Positions 31,433 to 41,913 of a stretch of DNA of 64,000 nt are shown here, in pieces. The notes below the pieces were generated by a model. It searched no databases. It was not told where the DNA came from and worked only from the letters and a program-made list of their open reading frames with translations. Within the stretch, counting starts at the first letter, position 1. The number at the start of each line of letters is the position of its first letter. The stretch lies in the NCBI GenBank assembly GCA_965215275.1, contig OZ244044.1, forward strand, positions 1,728,001-1,792,000. Direction: 5' to 3'. The position numbers and the translations under genes were made by a program. Origin of the DNA: Thermodesulfobacteriota bacterium. GTDB taxonomy: Bacteria; Desulfobacterota_D; UBA1144; Nemesobacterales; JAJCZQ01.

Positions 31433-33358
31433 ATGAGCATATCATACTCAAAAACCCATCAGATAATTGTGATTGGAGGCGGTCACGCGGGCTGTGAGGC
31501 GGCTTTGTCGGCGGCAAGGGTCGGATGCAGGACCTTAATGCTTACTGCAAATATAGATACTATAGGACTGATGTCCTGTAATCCCTCTATTGGAGGTATT
31601 GGAAAGGGACATCTGGTTAAGGAGATAGATGCTCTTGGTGGGGAGATGGGAAAAGCCGCGGACCACAGTGCGATCCAGTTCAGACGGCTTAATACACGAA
31701 AGGGTGCCGCCGTCCAGGCAACGCGTATCCAGGCGGACCGGCAGGCTTACAGAAGCTATATGAAGAAAGTCCTTGAACTGGAGAAGAACATTGATATCAA
31801 ACAAAGAATGGTAGATGAATTTATTACACAGGGAAGTTCGGTAATTGGCATAAAAACCAGTCTGGGTGAGGAATTCTTCGCCGATGCGGTAGTAGTGACC
31901 CCAGGAACGTTCCCAAATGGCCTGATCCACTTTGGTTTAAACCAGGTATCCTCGGGAAGAGCGGGTGAAGTTGCCGCAAAGAAGATCTCAGGTTCATTTA
32001 AAAGACTTGGTTTTAAGGTCGGACGTCTGAAAACGGGCACACCGCCAAGATTTGATGGCAGAACCATAAGGTGGGAAGCTACTGAGGTTCAAAAAGGTGA
32101 CGAACGACCCGTTCCATTCTCTTTCTCGAACGACACGATCAACAGAGAACAGCATTGCTGTTATATAACGTACACTAATAACGGAACGCATGAGGTCATA
32201 AGGGATAATCTGGATAAATCTCCTTTGTTCTCAGGACAGATAAGCGGCATTGGTCCAAGATATTGCCCGTCAATTGAAGACAAGGTCGTAAAGTTCCCTG
32301 ATAAGGACCGTCATCAGATATTCCTTGAACCTGATGGTGCGGATACTTACGAGATATATCCAAACGGAATATCCACCAGTTTGCCTCTGGAAGTTCAGTA
32401 TGGATTTGCAAGAACCATAGAAGGGCTGGAAAAAGTGGAGATCATGAGGCCCGGATACGCGGTTGAATATGATTATATAGAACCCACGCAGCTAAAGCCG
32501 ACCCTTGAGTCAAAGTTCCTCGACGGTCTTTATTTTGCAGGGCAGGTTAACGGTACAACGGGCTATGAAGAGGCTGCAAGTCAGGGGCTTGTTGCAGGCG
32601 TGAACGCCGCGCTGAAAATAAAAGGTGAAGACCCGTTTATACTGGACCGCTCCCAGGCCTATATTGGGATTTTAATTGATGACCTGATCACAAAAGGAGT
32701 GGACGAACCGTACAGGATGTTTACCTCCAGGGCTGAATACAGATTGATGCTTCGTGAGGATAACGCGGATCTGAGGCTCCGTGAGACCGGTTACAATATC
32801 GGCCTTGTATCTCATGAGGATTATGAAAAATGCAGAACGAGAGAAGGGAGGATAAAAGAGGAGCTTGACAGGCTTGAACGTACAAAGGTTGTACCGTCCG
32901 TAAAAGTTAACGATATCCTGAATGGTCTATCCAGTGCCTCTATTAAAAAACCTCAGACTCTCAAGGAACTGCTGAGAAGACCTGACCTTTCGTATGAAAA
33001 ATTAGCGTTCCTTGATCCGGATTCGTCAAAAAGCGCAGGCACGTCCGTTGGTTTTCAAGTGGAGCTGGAAGTGAAATATGAAGGATATATAAAAAGAGAG
33101 CTTGGTCAGATCGAAAAATTTCAGAAACTTGAGAACGTAAAGATCGCTGAAGGTTTTGACTACAGCAACGTTCCGGGTTTATCAAAAGAGATCGTTCAGA
33201 AGTTAAGTTCACTCAATCCGAGTTCCCTTGGTCAGGCAACAAGGGTGTCCGGTGTAACTCCAGCTGCAATATCCGTTCTGATGGTCTATTTAAAAAAGGA
33301 TGAAGAGGCTAGAAACTCGGCTTATTCAGGTTCTTCCATCAAGTTCAGTTCTTCGTAA
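31433..33358 (+). CDS. mnmG: tRNA uridine-5-carboxymethylaminomethyl modification enzyme
   Basis: [44 protein letters not shown]. Confidence 0.97.
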   Translation: MSISYSKTHQIIVIGGGHAGCEAALSAARVGCRTLMLTANIDTIGLMSCNPSIGGIGKGHLVKEIDALGGEMGKAADHSAIQFRRLNTRKGAAVQATRIQADRQAYRSYMKKVLELEKNIDIKQRMVDEFITQGSSVIGIKTSLGEEFFADAVVVTPGTFPNGLIHFGLNQVSSGRAGEVAAKKISGSFKRLGFKVGRLKTGTPPRFDGRTIRWEATEVQKGDERPVPFSFSNDTINREQHCCYITYTNNGTHEVIRDNLDKSPLFSGQISGIGPRYCPSIEDKVVKFPDKDRHQIFLEPDGADTYEIYPNGISTSLPLEVQYGFARTIEGLEKVEIMRPGYAVEYDYIEPTQLKPTLESKFLDGLYFAGQVNGTTGYEEAASQGLVAGVNAALKIKGEDPFILDRSQAYIGILIDDLITKGVDEPYRMFTSRAEYRLMLREDNADLRLRETGYNIGLVSHEDYEKCRTREGRIKEELDRLERTKVVPSVKVNDILNGLSSASIKKPQTLKELLRRPDLSYEKLAFLDPDSSKSAGTSVGFQVELEVKYEGYIKRELGQIEKFQKLENVKIAEGFDYSNVPGLSKEIVQKLSSLNPSSLGQATRVSGVTPAAISVLMVYLKKDEEARNSAYSGSSIKFSSS

Positions 33359-33495
33359 TCGGTTTCTTCGAGATCTTCCAGTTCTTTATCGTAAAGATCC
33401 ATTTCGTCTATTTCTTCGCCTACGTACTTGGCGTCATCTGGATATTCCAGCATCTCAAACAGATCTTTTATTTCCTGATTCCTTCTCTGTTGCAT
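33322..33495 (-). CDS. small highly acidic protein (57 aa)
   Basis: [21 protein letters not shown]...EEPE*, 23/57 D+E, GGAG RBS; below ORF-track cutoff. Confidence 0.55.
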   Translation of the reverse strand: MQQRRNQEIKDLFEMLEYPDDAKYVGEEIDEMDLYDKELEDLEETDYEELNLMEEPE

Positions 33496-33629
33496 AATAT
33501 GTCTCCGCTGTTTTAAACATTTCTGCTTGGTTTTTCACTTACTTTATATTTAAAAAATTTTTTTGGCAATACCCGAAAAAATTATTATTAAAGGTGCAAT
33601 TTACTTCATAAATGTATCTGGATTTAGCA

Positions 33630-33900
33630 GGCAGTATTGGCGGTCATCCTTGATAGCCTAATTAAGGTTGTACATTGCCACGGAGTTACCGGAAGGCACT
33701 GCACCGTCGTATATTTGTTTTTGACGAACCAGGAGCCTTTCCCCGCCTGTGGGTGTGAAATAAAACCCAAATTATCCCTGTCCCAGAACAGGTCTATCAT
33801 CTTATCCGTAAGTTCAATGTCCTAGCTTAAATATTTCAATTCAAAAGTGATTTCATATAGCTCTATCAATTCCCACATCAGAAAGACATAGACGTCAATT
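33630..33900 (-). pseudogene. decayed ~270-bp duplicate of an internal part of the YyaL-like gene (35518-35787)
   Basis: direct near-identity by eye with substitutions and a 1-bp insertion. Confidence 0.85.
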
Positions 33901-34080
33901 TTACTGGAATTGTTTTAAACCCACTTAAGGATACAACAACAAATTCTCTTAACATGTATGAATTTTTACCTTTAAAATAGGTAGTAAGAAGATCAACAAG
34001 AATTGAGATTATATTTTGCTTTGACGTACTAATCAGCAAATCGTTCAATCTTCTATGAACTAAATATCTTATCAGTTATT

Positions 34081-34608
34081 TTGTGGAGTCAAGTATATAA
34101 GTCCCTAAAAAATAAGGAGGTTGTAAACATGGCAACACTAAATTGTAGTGATTTTAAAGAAAAAGTAAAAGAAATTATTTATATGAGAAGAGTAGATTGT
34201 GAATTGTCTCATTCAGATAAAGGACACAATGATGGTGACATTGTAATAGAAGACATTAAAAACAGAATTAAAGTTACAATAACTTATGCTCTGTCAAATT
34301 ATCTTTATTATATGATTTTTGAGTTAAAAGATGGTAGTGAAAAGTTTTTTAGAAGTAATGGAGAAGATTGGGAGGAATGTAATAGTGAGAAAGAATGTTA
34401 TGAATATGTTCCAGAAGAATTTAAAAGTAAGAAACATAAATTAAAACATTTATATTATAAAAGATATGTTAATAAAGAAAATATTCATAATCTTGTATTT
34501 TTAAGTTTCATTATGTCGTCATTAGGTTTATTGTATCATGTGTTTTTTAATTAAAATGTATAGAACAGATAGGACTTACATAATTTGTGGAGTTAAGTAT
34601 ATAATCCC
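34081..34608. repeat. direct repeat of IS1595-type end (TTGTGGAGTYAAGTATATAA(G)TCCC) at 34081-34105 and 34585-34608
   Basis: seen directly; brackets one gene. Confidence 0.8.
34129..34554 (+). CDS. hypothetical protein with C-terminal TM helix (141 aa)
   Basis: AAGGAGG RBS, ATG 34129, very AT-rich. Confidence 0.55.
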   Translation: MATLNCSDFKEKVKEIIYMRRVDCELSHSDKGHNDGDIVIEDIKNRIKVTITYALSNYLYYMIFELKDGSEKFFRSNGEDWEECNSEKECYEYVPEEFKSKKHKLKHLYYKRYVNKENIHNLVFLSFIMSSLGLLYHVFFN

Positions 34609-34616
34609 ATTTTTTA

Positions 34617-35099
34617 TTAGCCTTGTTTCTTAACTACTATTTCCTCGTTTACTCTATTAGTAAAATCGTTGAGAACTCTAGTTAATTTATCTATAGTTTC
34701 CAACTGGGAAGCAAATTTTTTATTCATATCTTCCAAATGAGAATCTAATTTTCTGTCTATATCTCTCAGCTGAGAGGTAATTTTTTTGTCTTGAAAAGCA
34801 AATTTTTCAGCAAAATCCTTTTTAACTTCCTCAATCTTGTCTGAATATTCTTTCAACATTTCCTTCTCCTTTATACTTAACTGGTTGTCTATATATATTC
34901 TGATAAATAAAAATTCAGCAGCGACTATTGACGTTGCTAATAATACAAACGCAACTAAATTTTTTCTAATTCCTCATAATAATTATAATAAGTCGCTATA
35001 CCAACAACACATATACCAACAACACATATACCAACAACACATATACCAACAACACATATACCAAGCACAAGGTATATAAATATCAAAACAGTTAACAAA
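34617..35099 (-). pseudogene. frameshifted two-TM / coiled-coil protein gene
   Basis: LLTVLIFIYLVL(GICVV)4GIATYY..ELEK, shift in A6 run (34960-65), NLVAFVLL.. continuing into ORF 34617..34859. Confidence 0.45.
34997..35064. repeat. 15-bp tandem repeat TATACCAACAACACA x4.5
   Basis: perfect head-to-tail units. Confidence 0.95.
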
Positions 35100-35151
35100 C
35101 TGTTTTACTCGTTTTTTTGCAGCATCTGTTTTCCGCTCAGTACTATCGTCT

Positions 35152-37233
35152 TTATTGCCTGATAGATTCAAGCATAGTATGCGGGTCGTTAGTGGGCACG
35201 TTACACGTAAAGTCTTTACAGATGTAAGCGGTAGCCTTATCGTTAACTGGAGTTTGTAATTTAGTAAACGGTGCGATCTTTTCTATATCGGTGGAATCTT
35301 GCTCTCGGAGAAGCACGACCTTATTGGGGAAATAATCCTCACGGAGTTTTCTGATCATGGCTTTTGTATCCTCTGCTTCTCTGTTGCCTGAAATTACGAT
35401 CTCATACGACGTTCCTACTACGAACTCCAGTGCCACCATAAGCATGGTATGGGACATAGGCAAGTTGTTCAAAGTGGAGGAAAAAGCAGACGAGAGTTGT
35501 CTTGAGAGTTTTTCATAGGCAGTATTGGCGGTCATCCTTGACAGCTTAATAAGGTTGTACATTGCCACGGAGTTGCCGGAAGGCACGGCACCGTCGTATA
35601 TTTGTTTTTGACGGACCAGGAGCCTTTCCCCGTCAGTGGGTGTGAAATAAAAACCAAAATCGTCCCTGTCCCAGAACAGGTCTATCATCTTATCCGTAAG
35701 TTCAATGGCCTGGCTTAGATATTTCAGATCAAAAGTGGTTTCATACAGCTCTATCAATCCCCACGTCAGAAAGGCGTAGTCGTCAATATTTGCCATAATG
35801 CCTGATTCTCCATCTCTGTATCTGTGCAGGAGACGAGAATTGTGATATAAGTTCTCATTGATAAAATCTACGGAATTTTTTGCAGCTTCGGTATATGATC
35901 CATTTTCAAAGACCCTTCCCCCTTTTGCCAGTGCGGCTATCATAAGACCGTTCCAGTCAGTAATTACCTTATCATCTTTATATGGATGAATTCGCTTTTC
36001 ACGAATTTCAAACAGTTTTTTTCTTGCCTCTTCCAGTCTTTCATTAAGCTCATCTTCAGAAACGTTCAGGTCCTTTGCAACCACATCAAGGTTTTTACTG
36101 AGGTGAAGTATATTCGTGCCCGTTTTCCTGCCAGTTGCTTCATCAGAGAAGTTCCCTTCTGTTCTTATGTTGTAAACTTTTAGTATTAAATCTCCATCGT
36201 CCTTGCCGAGAGCATTGAGTATTTCTTCTTCGGTCCACAGGTAGAATTTTCCCTCTTCTCCTTCGCTGTCGGCGTCTTCCGCGGAATAAAATCCACCCCG
36301 TGAGGAGGTCATGCCCGTCATCACGTAGTTGAAAATACGTTCAGTAATTAGTTTGAAATTCTCTTTTTTGGTCATCTGGTATGCTTCCGTATATGCCATT
36401 GCCATCAGAGCCTGATCATAAAGCATTTTTTCATAATGGGGGACAAGCCATTTCGGGTCGGTCGAGTATCTGTGAAAGCCAAATCCCACGTGATCAAAGA
36501 TCCCTCCTTGTCCCATTTTGGTAAGGGTATTTGTTACCATGTCCAGAGCATGTGAAGTTCCGGTTCGTTGTGCATATCTCATAAGGAACAGAAGGTAATG
36601 TGGAGTAGGGAACTTTGGTTTATTGCCAAACCCTCCACAACTGGTGTCATATCTGTGCGTGAGTTGTTCATAGCAGCGTCTCAAGGTCGTTCCGTCAGGA
36701 GGTTCTTCGTCTGACCGGACCTTTGTGGGGTCTACGGCGATTGCGAGTGTTTCGGTAATGCTGTCTGCTGATCTTAGAAGTTTTTCACGGTCGTCCGTCC
36801 AAAGCTTTTTAACTCTTGGGATCAGGTCCATAATACCGATCTTTTGGTATATGCTGTTCTTAGGCAGGTAAGTGGCGGCGTAAAAAGGTTTTTTATCATA
36901 AGTCATTAAGATGTTCAGAGGCCACCCGCAGTTACCTTGTGACAGGACTTGACAGGCGGTCATGTAAAGATTGTCAATGTCCGGTCTTTCCTCTCTGTCA
37001 ACTTTGATCGCGATAAAGGCATCGTTCATTAGTTCTGCCACTTCCCTGTCTTCAAAGGATTCGTGTTCCATTACGTGACACCAGTGACACGTTGAATAGC
37101 CAATGGAGAGGAATATCGGTTTATCTTCCTTTTCTGCCTTGTCAAATGCCTCCTTGCTCCATGGATACCAGTCAACGGGATTCTCTGCGTGCTGAAGCAG
37201 GTAGGGACTTTTTTCATTCTTAAGTCTGTTCAT
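35152..37233 (-). CDS. YyaL/SSP411 thioredoxin-domain protein
   Basis: [41 protein letters not shown]....WNGLM. Confidence 0.93.
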   Translation of the reverse strand: MNRLKNEKSPYLLQHAENPVDWYPWSKEAFDKAEKEDKPIFLSIGYSTCHWCHVMEHESFEDREVAELMNDAFIAIKVDREERPDIDNLYMTACQVLSQGNCGWPLNILMTYDKKPFYAATYLPKNSIYQKIGIMDLIPRVKKLWTDDREKLLRSADSITETLAIAVDPTKVRSDEEPPDGTTLRRCYEQLTHRYDTSCGGFGNKPKFPTPHYLLFLMRYAQRTGTSHALDMVTNTLTKMGQGGIFDHVGFGFHRYSTDPKWLVPHYEKMLYDQALMAMAYTEAYQMTKKENFKLITERIFNYVMTGMTSSRGGFYSAEDADSEGEEGKFYLWTEEEILNALGKDDGDLILKVYNIRTEGNFSDEATGRKTGTNILHLSKNLDVVAKDLNVSEDELNERLEEARKKLFEIREKRIHPYKDDKVITDWNGLMIAALAKGGRVFENGSYTEAAKNSVDFINENLYHNSRLLHRYRDGESGIMANIDDYAFLTWGLIELYETTFDLKYLSQAIELTDKMIDLFWDRDDFGFYFTPTDGERLLVRQKQIYDGAVPSGNSVAMYNLIKLSRMTANTAYEKLSRQLSSAFSSTLNNLPMSHTMLMVALEFVVGTSYEIVISGNREAEDTKAMIRKLREDYFPNKVVLLREQDSTDIEKIAPFTKLQTPVNDKATAYICKDFTCNVPTNDPHTMLESIRQ

Positions 37234-37564
37234 TTTTTATCGTTGTTATTGTTAATCAGGGTTATCAGTTAAGATAACCTGTAAAGATCATCCGTAAACT
37301 TTGAGCAGGTGGTTGTTGTGCTTATCATATAGTATTCTGGTTTTCTTCCGTGTGTCAGTATATCTTATTTTGAATTAAGTTTTATATTATTCTCAAAAAG
37401 GACGACAAGGCGGGATAAGATTTTTATCTCAGAGGAAAATGACAGGTTTTTAACAGTAAGTTCAGAATAACGGAGGTTCAGTTACATTGACATTAAATAT
37501 ATCAGTGTGATAGTAATATCTGTTTTGTGTACACGATTTTTGTTTGGGTTTAGGAGATTATGAA

Positions 37565-38584
37565 ATGATTGTAGTAATGAAAAATACTGCGACCAATGAA
37601 GAGATTGAAAAGGTCAAAGCAGTTATTGAAGATCTGGGCTATAAACCTCATCCAATAGAGGGAATTTTAAGAACTGTAATAGGCGTCGTTGGTGATGACA
37701 GAGGTAAACCCCATCACGCGGATAATATAAAACAGTTAAAAGGCGTGGAGAAGGTTCTTCCTATTGTCCAGCCTTACAAACTTGCGAGCAAAGAGGTTGT
37801 AAACGAGACGTCCAGGATAGATATTAACGGCGTTAAAGTAGGAAGTGAAAATATATCCGTTATAGCTGGACCATGCTCGGTTGAAAGTAAAGAGCAGTTA
37901 CTGACGATTGCCAAAAGGGTTAAAGAGTCAGGAGCAACAATGCTGCGGGGTGGGGCGTTTAAACCCAGAACCTCTCCATATTCCTTTCAAGGTCTGGGTG
38001 AGGACGGGCTGAAGATACTTGCAGAGGCAAGGGAAATAACCGGATTACCAGTCGTTACGGAATTGATGGACCCGAACGATCTGGATCTGCTTGAGGACTA
38101 CGCGGATGTTTTTCAGATAGGGGCCAGGAATTCTCAGAACTATTCACTGCTGAAATTAGTTGGAAGATCAAAAAAACCAGTTCTTTTAAAAAGAGGAATG
38201 TCAACAACGATCAACGAGTTTTTAATGTGTGCCGAGTATATTCTATCCGAAGGGAATCCCAACGTAATGTTGTGTGAAAGAGGGATAAGAACCTTTGAAA
38301 CTGCCACAAGGAACACTTTTGATCTCAATGCCATACCTGTACTGAAGGAGAAGACCCACTTACCGGTGTTTGCTGATCCGAGCCACGGAACGGGTTACTG
38401 GCAATACGTGGCTCCGGTAACCCTTGCAGCCATTGCTGCTGGTGCCGACGGACTTGCCATTGAGGTACATGATAATCCTGAAATCGCAGTAAGCGACGGC
38501 GGACAATCCTTAAAACCTAATAACTTTGATGCTCTTATGAAAAAAGCTGCTTCCGTTGCAAAAGCAGTGGGCCGGTCCATATAG
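37565..38584 (+). CDS. aroF: DAHP synthase class I-beta with N-terminal regulatory domain
   Basis: AGPCSVE, KPRTSPY, GARN, CERGI, DPSH; AGGAG RBS. Confidence 0.95.
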   Translation: MIVVMKNTATNEEIEKVKAVIEDLGYKPHPIEGILRTVIGVVGDDRGKPHHADNIKQLKGVEKVLPIVQPYKLASKEVVNETSRIDINGVKVGSENISVIAGPCSVESKEQLLTIAKRVKESGATMLRGGAFKPRTSPYSFQGLGEDGLKILAEAREITGLPVVTELMDPNDLDLLEDYADVFQIGARNSQNYSLLKLVGRSKKPVLLKRGMSTTINEFLMCAEYILSEGNPNVMLCERGIRTFETATRNTFDLNAIPVLKEKTHLPVFADPSHGTGYWQYVAPVTLAAIAAGADGLAIEVHDNPEIAVSDGGQSLKPNNFDALMKKAASVAKAVGRSI

Positions 38585-38641
38585 AGAATTAAATTGGTCA
38601 GAAACAGAAGCGAGTAGTGTAATGTTCGTAACTATAGCAAA

Positions 38642-39877
38642 TTAAATTTCGAAGTCTGATGTTTTAAAATTCAGCACTTTGTTCTTGATATTAGGATTTA
38701 GTTTTCTCTGCTTGAGCCAACGTTTTTTCCAATAACTGACAATCTCTTCTTTAGAATATTGATTGTATTTCAGACGTTTATGTTTTCCTTGAAGGAATTG
38801 AATACTATTTTGCGCCAATGGGACAAAGTAAATTGTTCTTTTAAAAGAGTGTTGTAAGAGGAAATTAGAATCAAAGTTCAACAGATCTCCAACTGTTCTA
38901 ATTATACGCATTCTCCAGCTGGGACCATCTCCGAATTTATGCCCTATGTATATGCCTTTCCTGGCAAGGTATTTACGCATTAAATTTATTGTCCGTTCTG
39001 TTAAGTGCAATGTGCCATATCCCTTGGTTTCGCCTATGGGTTTGTAGAGGAGTTCTCCTTGATATTTCAGACGGTTATACTGTGAACTTTTCCCGTATAA
39101 ACCTGTAGTGAATAAGCAGGCTAAATCATATGCTTTACGTTTGTTTATAATGGTGATCTGGTTTTTGTATTTGTTTTTGTAGACAGTTCTAATTTCTTTT
39201 GATGTTAATATATAAGAAATGAGTTTGCCTCCAAGAAGATAGTTATAAGGCGGAAGAGCTCCTATTACATACGCATCCATTGCATAAATAAGATTGTTTG
39301 TTCTTGTTTTTTTATCCCATCCAATATAATCATCTCTTTCGGGTATATGTATAATCGGGCTACCTAAAGCAGCAATTCCAATAATGGGTTTTTTCGGTAG
39401 AGCTGCATCGCGGATCAGCAGTCTGATTCTCCTTCCTACATATTCACTATAAGGAGATGACCAGTAATAGCGCAGCATACGAAATAGGCGATGTTGTTTC
39501 TCTGTTTTACAAACTTCAATAACAGGTCGGATTTCAGATTGGAAAGCAGAGATGCCATCAGCAAGATTTTGACGGGCAAAGTCAATGTTTTTGTCAATCC
39601 ATGATCGGTTATTAAGAATAACTTCACTCCGTTTTACCCCCATGGATTTTCTTATGATTTCTTTGTCATAGTATTGAGGAGGTAATATTTCAACTTTCCC
39701 TCTTTTGAATTCAGCTACCCAGCCTAATTCAAGCAAATCTGAAACTATTGAGTCTGTGACTTGTTTTTCAAGAAACTTATTGTCACGGTCTGACCTGATA
39801 GCTTCTTTTTTTTTAAGGTCAGTGTGTAATTTTAATGCAGCTGTCCGATCTCTGTTTATTCCAATTTTGCTTTCCAT
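38642..39877 (-). CDS. DUF4338 / Druantia DruA-like protein
   Basis: WSSPYS..VGRR, IGI.ALGS, GALPPYN.LLGGKL, TT.LYG.SSQYNRL, G.T.GYGT.H. Confidence 0.75.
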   Translation of the reverse strand: MESKIGINRDRTAALKLHTDLKKKEAIRSDRDNKFLEKQVTDSIVSDLLELGWVAEFKRGKVEILPPQYYDKEIIRKSMGVKRSEVILNNRSWIDKNIDFARQNLADGISAFQSEIRPVIEVCKTEKQHRLFRMLRYYWSSPYSEYVGRRIRLLIRDAALPKKPIIGIAALGSPIIHIPERDDYIGWDKKTRTNNLIYAMDAYVIGALPPYNYLLGGKLISYILTSKEIRTVYKNKYKNQITIINKRKAYDLACLFTTGLYGKSSQYNRLKYQGELLYKPIGETKGYGTLHLTERTINLMRKYLARKGIYIGHKFGDGPSWRMRIIRTVGDLLNFDSNFLLQHSFKRTIYFVPLAQNSIQFLQGKHKRLKYNQYSKEEIVSYWKKRWLKQRKLNPNIKNKVLNFKTSDFEI

Positions 39878-41913
39878 TTCTCAGTAAGGATCCAATAATA
39901 ATTCTGCTTTCCTTTGCTTGGATGTTCACCTTCTCGACGCTGTACTTCATGGCCAAATATTTGTGAAAGTAAAGGGGTGTAAAGCTGATCTTCTGATCTA
40001 GCTTCATCTTGAAACTTTGGCGATTCTTTAATCTGTTTAACAAAGTAGTATAGTTGACCTTGATATATTCCGGTCAGATTTTCATTTGGCGATTCCAATA
40101 CACTAAGTTGCTTTTTTTCTTTCTTTAACAATGACAATAATTCATTAGCCATTTTATTTTCTCTTTCCTCTAATTTCTCTTTTATTTCTACGTCAGCGGA
40201 TTTCTTGAATGGGTCAGCATTTTCGTCAGTTACGATGTGTTCTTTGTATAAATTCTCAAAATTGCGGACTCTTACGGATAGAACGAATGGTTGTTTTGGG
40301 GCACTCCACATATAACAATTTCCGGGAATTGGTTCTCCTATTATATGGGCAAGTACATCATGTGAAAAATGGGAATTATATTTCCCAAGAGTTGAAGTAT
40401 CTCCTTCTGATAATAAATGAAAACTGAACCAATTGTCTGATTGGCTCATAATCTCAGGAGCCATTGATCCCGGTTGCTGTGTTATCAGAATCGCACCCAA
40501 GTCATATTTTCTGCCTTCTTTAACCCATTCTACAAATGGGCTCGATTCTTCAAGTCTTCGTCCCAGAACGCTCTGTGCTTCTTCTATTATTACATTTACC
40601 GGTAATGAACTTTTTCCTGTGAAGTGCTCTTGATTAAAATTGAAAATTTTACGCATAAGAAGTCCGGCAATATGGTTCCCAGCAGTTGAACTGAGCATAC
40701 TGATGTCAACTATGACAATCAGCCCCTCCCGCAATTTATCAATTGTTCCATTAATTAACTGACTCTCCGGATCATGAAGGAGGTTCACCACATTGAACAT
40801 ATTGCTTTTTGCAGCAGCAATTTCCGCAGAGTTGGAACTGGCATCACTATCTTTATAACCTAATAGCTTGGCTATATCTTTTTCATCTGCCTGTAAACCA
40901 TTATCAGAAATTAATTCAACCATTTCACGCCAATTTGTACTGTTTAAACTTTTCAACTTCGCAATGTTTTGCTGATTTTGTCTGTCAGAAGAAACAGCTA
41001 TTCCAATCACATCTCTTGGTAACAGACCTCTAATGTCTAATTTTACAATGCCGGCTTTCCAGCTTCCGTAGTAAGGGCTGGGATCAGGTCTGTTCGTAAA
41101 GACGGTAATTTGTTCTTTCAAGTCTGGTACATCGCAGAGCCCTGGACGGCCTTTATTGTCTGGCCAGAAATACTCGCCGTCAGCATCAAATATGAGAGTA
41201 CCAACCTTTTTCTCATTGTCGGTTATTGCATCCTTGCCGTTGTCTTTATAGAGTTCAGAAATTAAATATTTGATGAGATTGGATTTTCCGTATCCTGCTC
41301 TTGCAAATACGACAGAACGTTTGGCAACTAGGTTGTTGATGTTAAAGGTCACTTTTAGTTGCGGGCTGATCTGCCTGAACATTTCGGTTGATTCGGTTGT
41401 GTTACCTGAATACACGAATTCTCCAAGTACATAATTACCCAAATCAGTACTACCGCCACTTAAAGAGCAGAGTTCTTTAAGGACGTCATCGCTCGGTAAA
41501 GCGACTTTCGACCCTAAGTGAGGTAGACGTCTTTGAGATGGAACGAAGACGATATTCTCCTCCCCGTTTTTTGTACCTACTTTTACAGCTCCTAATAATT
41601 TGATTTCAACACGGTATTTTAGTTTGTCTTTTTTTAAGTCCTCAGGAATTTCTTGTTCTCTTCTTTGCATTGTGCTCAGATAATCTTCCCCTTCGCCTGT
41701 TGCAAGTAAGCCTGTGGGGAAAAACTTGGTTATTCGTCCTAACGAAGCTTCTGTAGGGTCTCCAAGTTCTATTAACAGGAATTGGCCTAGTTGAGGTTTT
41801 TCGAGCATAGAGGCGTCGTAAGGAGTTACAATTTCTGCGGCAAATTCATAACCTCTTTCCGTAAATCCTTTGAATACACCCATAAGCTTTGATTTTGCGA
41901 ATAATTCAGGCAC
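39856..41913 (-). CDS. HerA/DUF87-like ATPase
   Basis: N-terminal HAS-barrel-like region, FARAGYGKS, FDADGEY, IIEEAQ, EGRKY, ITQQP. Confidence 0.85.
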   Translation of the reverse strand: MPELFAKSKLMGVFKGFTERGYEFAAEIVTPYDASMLEKPQLGQFLLIELGDPTEASLGRITKFFPTGLLATGEGEDYLSTMQRREQEIPEDLKKDKLKYRVEIKLLGAVKVGTKNGEENIVFVPSQRRLPHLGSKVALPSDDVLKELCSLSGGSTDLGNYVLGEFVYSGNTTESTEMFRQISPQLKVTFNINNLVAKRSVVFARAGYGKSNLIKYLISELYKDNGKDAITDNEKKVGTLIFDADGEYFWPDNKGRPGLCDVPDLKEQITVFTNRPDPSPYYGSWKAGIVKLDIRGLLPRDVIGIAVSSDRQNQQNIAKLKSLNSTNWREMVELISDNGLQADEKDIAKLLGYKDSDASSNSAEIAAAKSNMFNVVNLLHDPESQLINGTIDKLREGLIVIVDISMLSSTAGNHIAGLLMRKIFNFNQEHFTGKSSLPVNVIIEEAQSVLGRRLEESSPFVEWVKEGRKYDLGAILITQQPGSMAPEIMSQSDNWFSFHLLSEGDTSTLGKYNSHFSHDVLAHIIGEPIPGNCYMWSAPKQPFVLSVRVRNFENLYKEHIVTDENADPFKKSADVEIKEKLEERENKMANELLSLLKKEKKQLSVLESPNENLTGIYQGQLYYFVKQIKESPKFQDEARSEDQLYTPLLSQIFGHEVQRREGEHPSKGKQNYYWILTEKWKAKLE

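Noticed and set aside
33630..33900. DGR template/variable repeat pair with yyaL (or among adhesin paralogues)
   Set aside because: Differences are not adenine-specific on either strand, include an indel, and no reverse transcriptase is present
34081..34608. Integron attC sites
   Set aside because: No clear RYYYAAC/GTTRRRY boxes and no integrase; the motif matches the IS1595 end instead
34997..35064. CRISPR array
   Set aside because: 15-bp units are head-to-tail with no spacers; no cas genes in window
37260..37279. GGTTATC-N6-GATAACC palindrome as an operator for yyaL
   Set aside because: Single occurrence and no cognate regulator to support it
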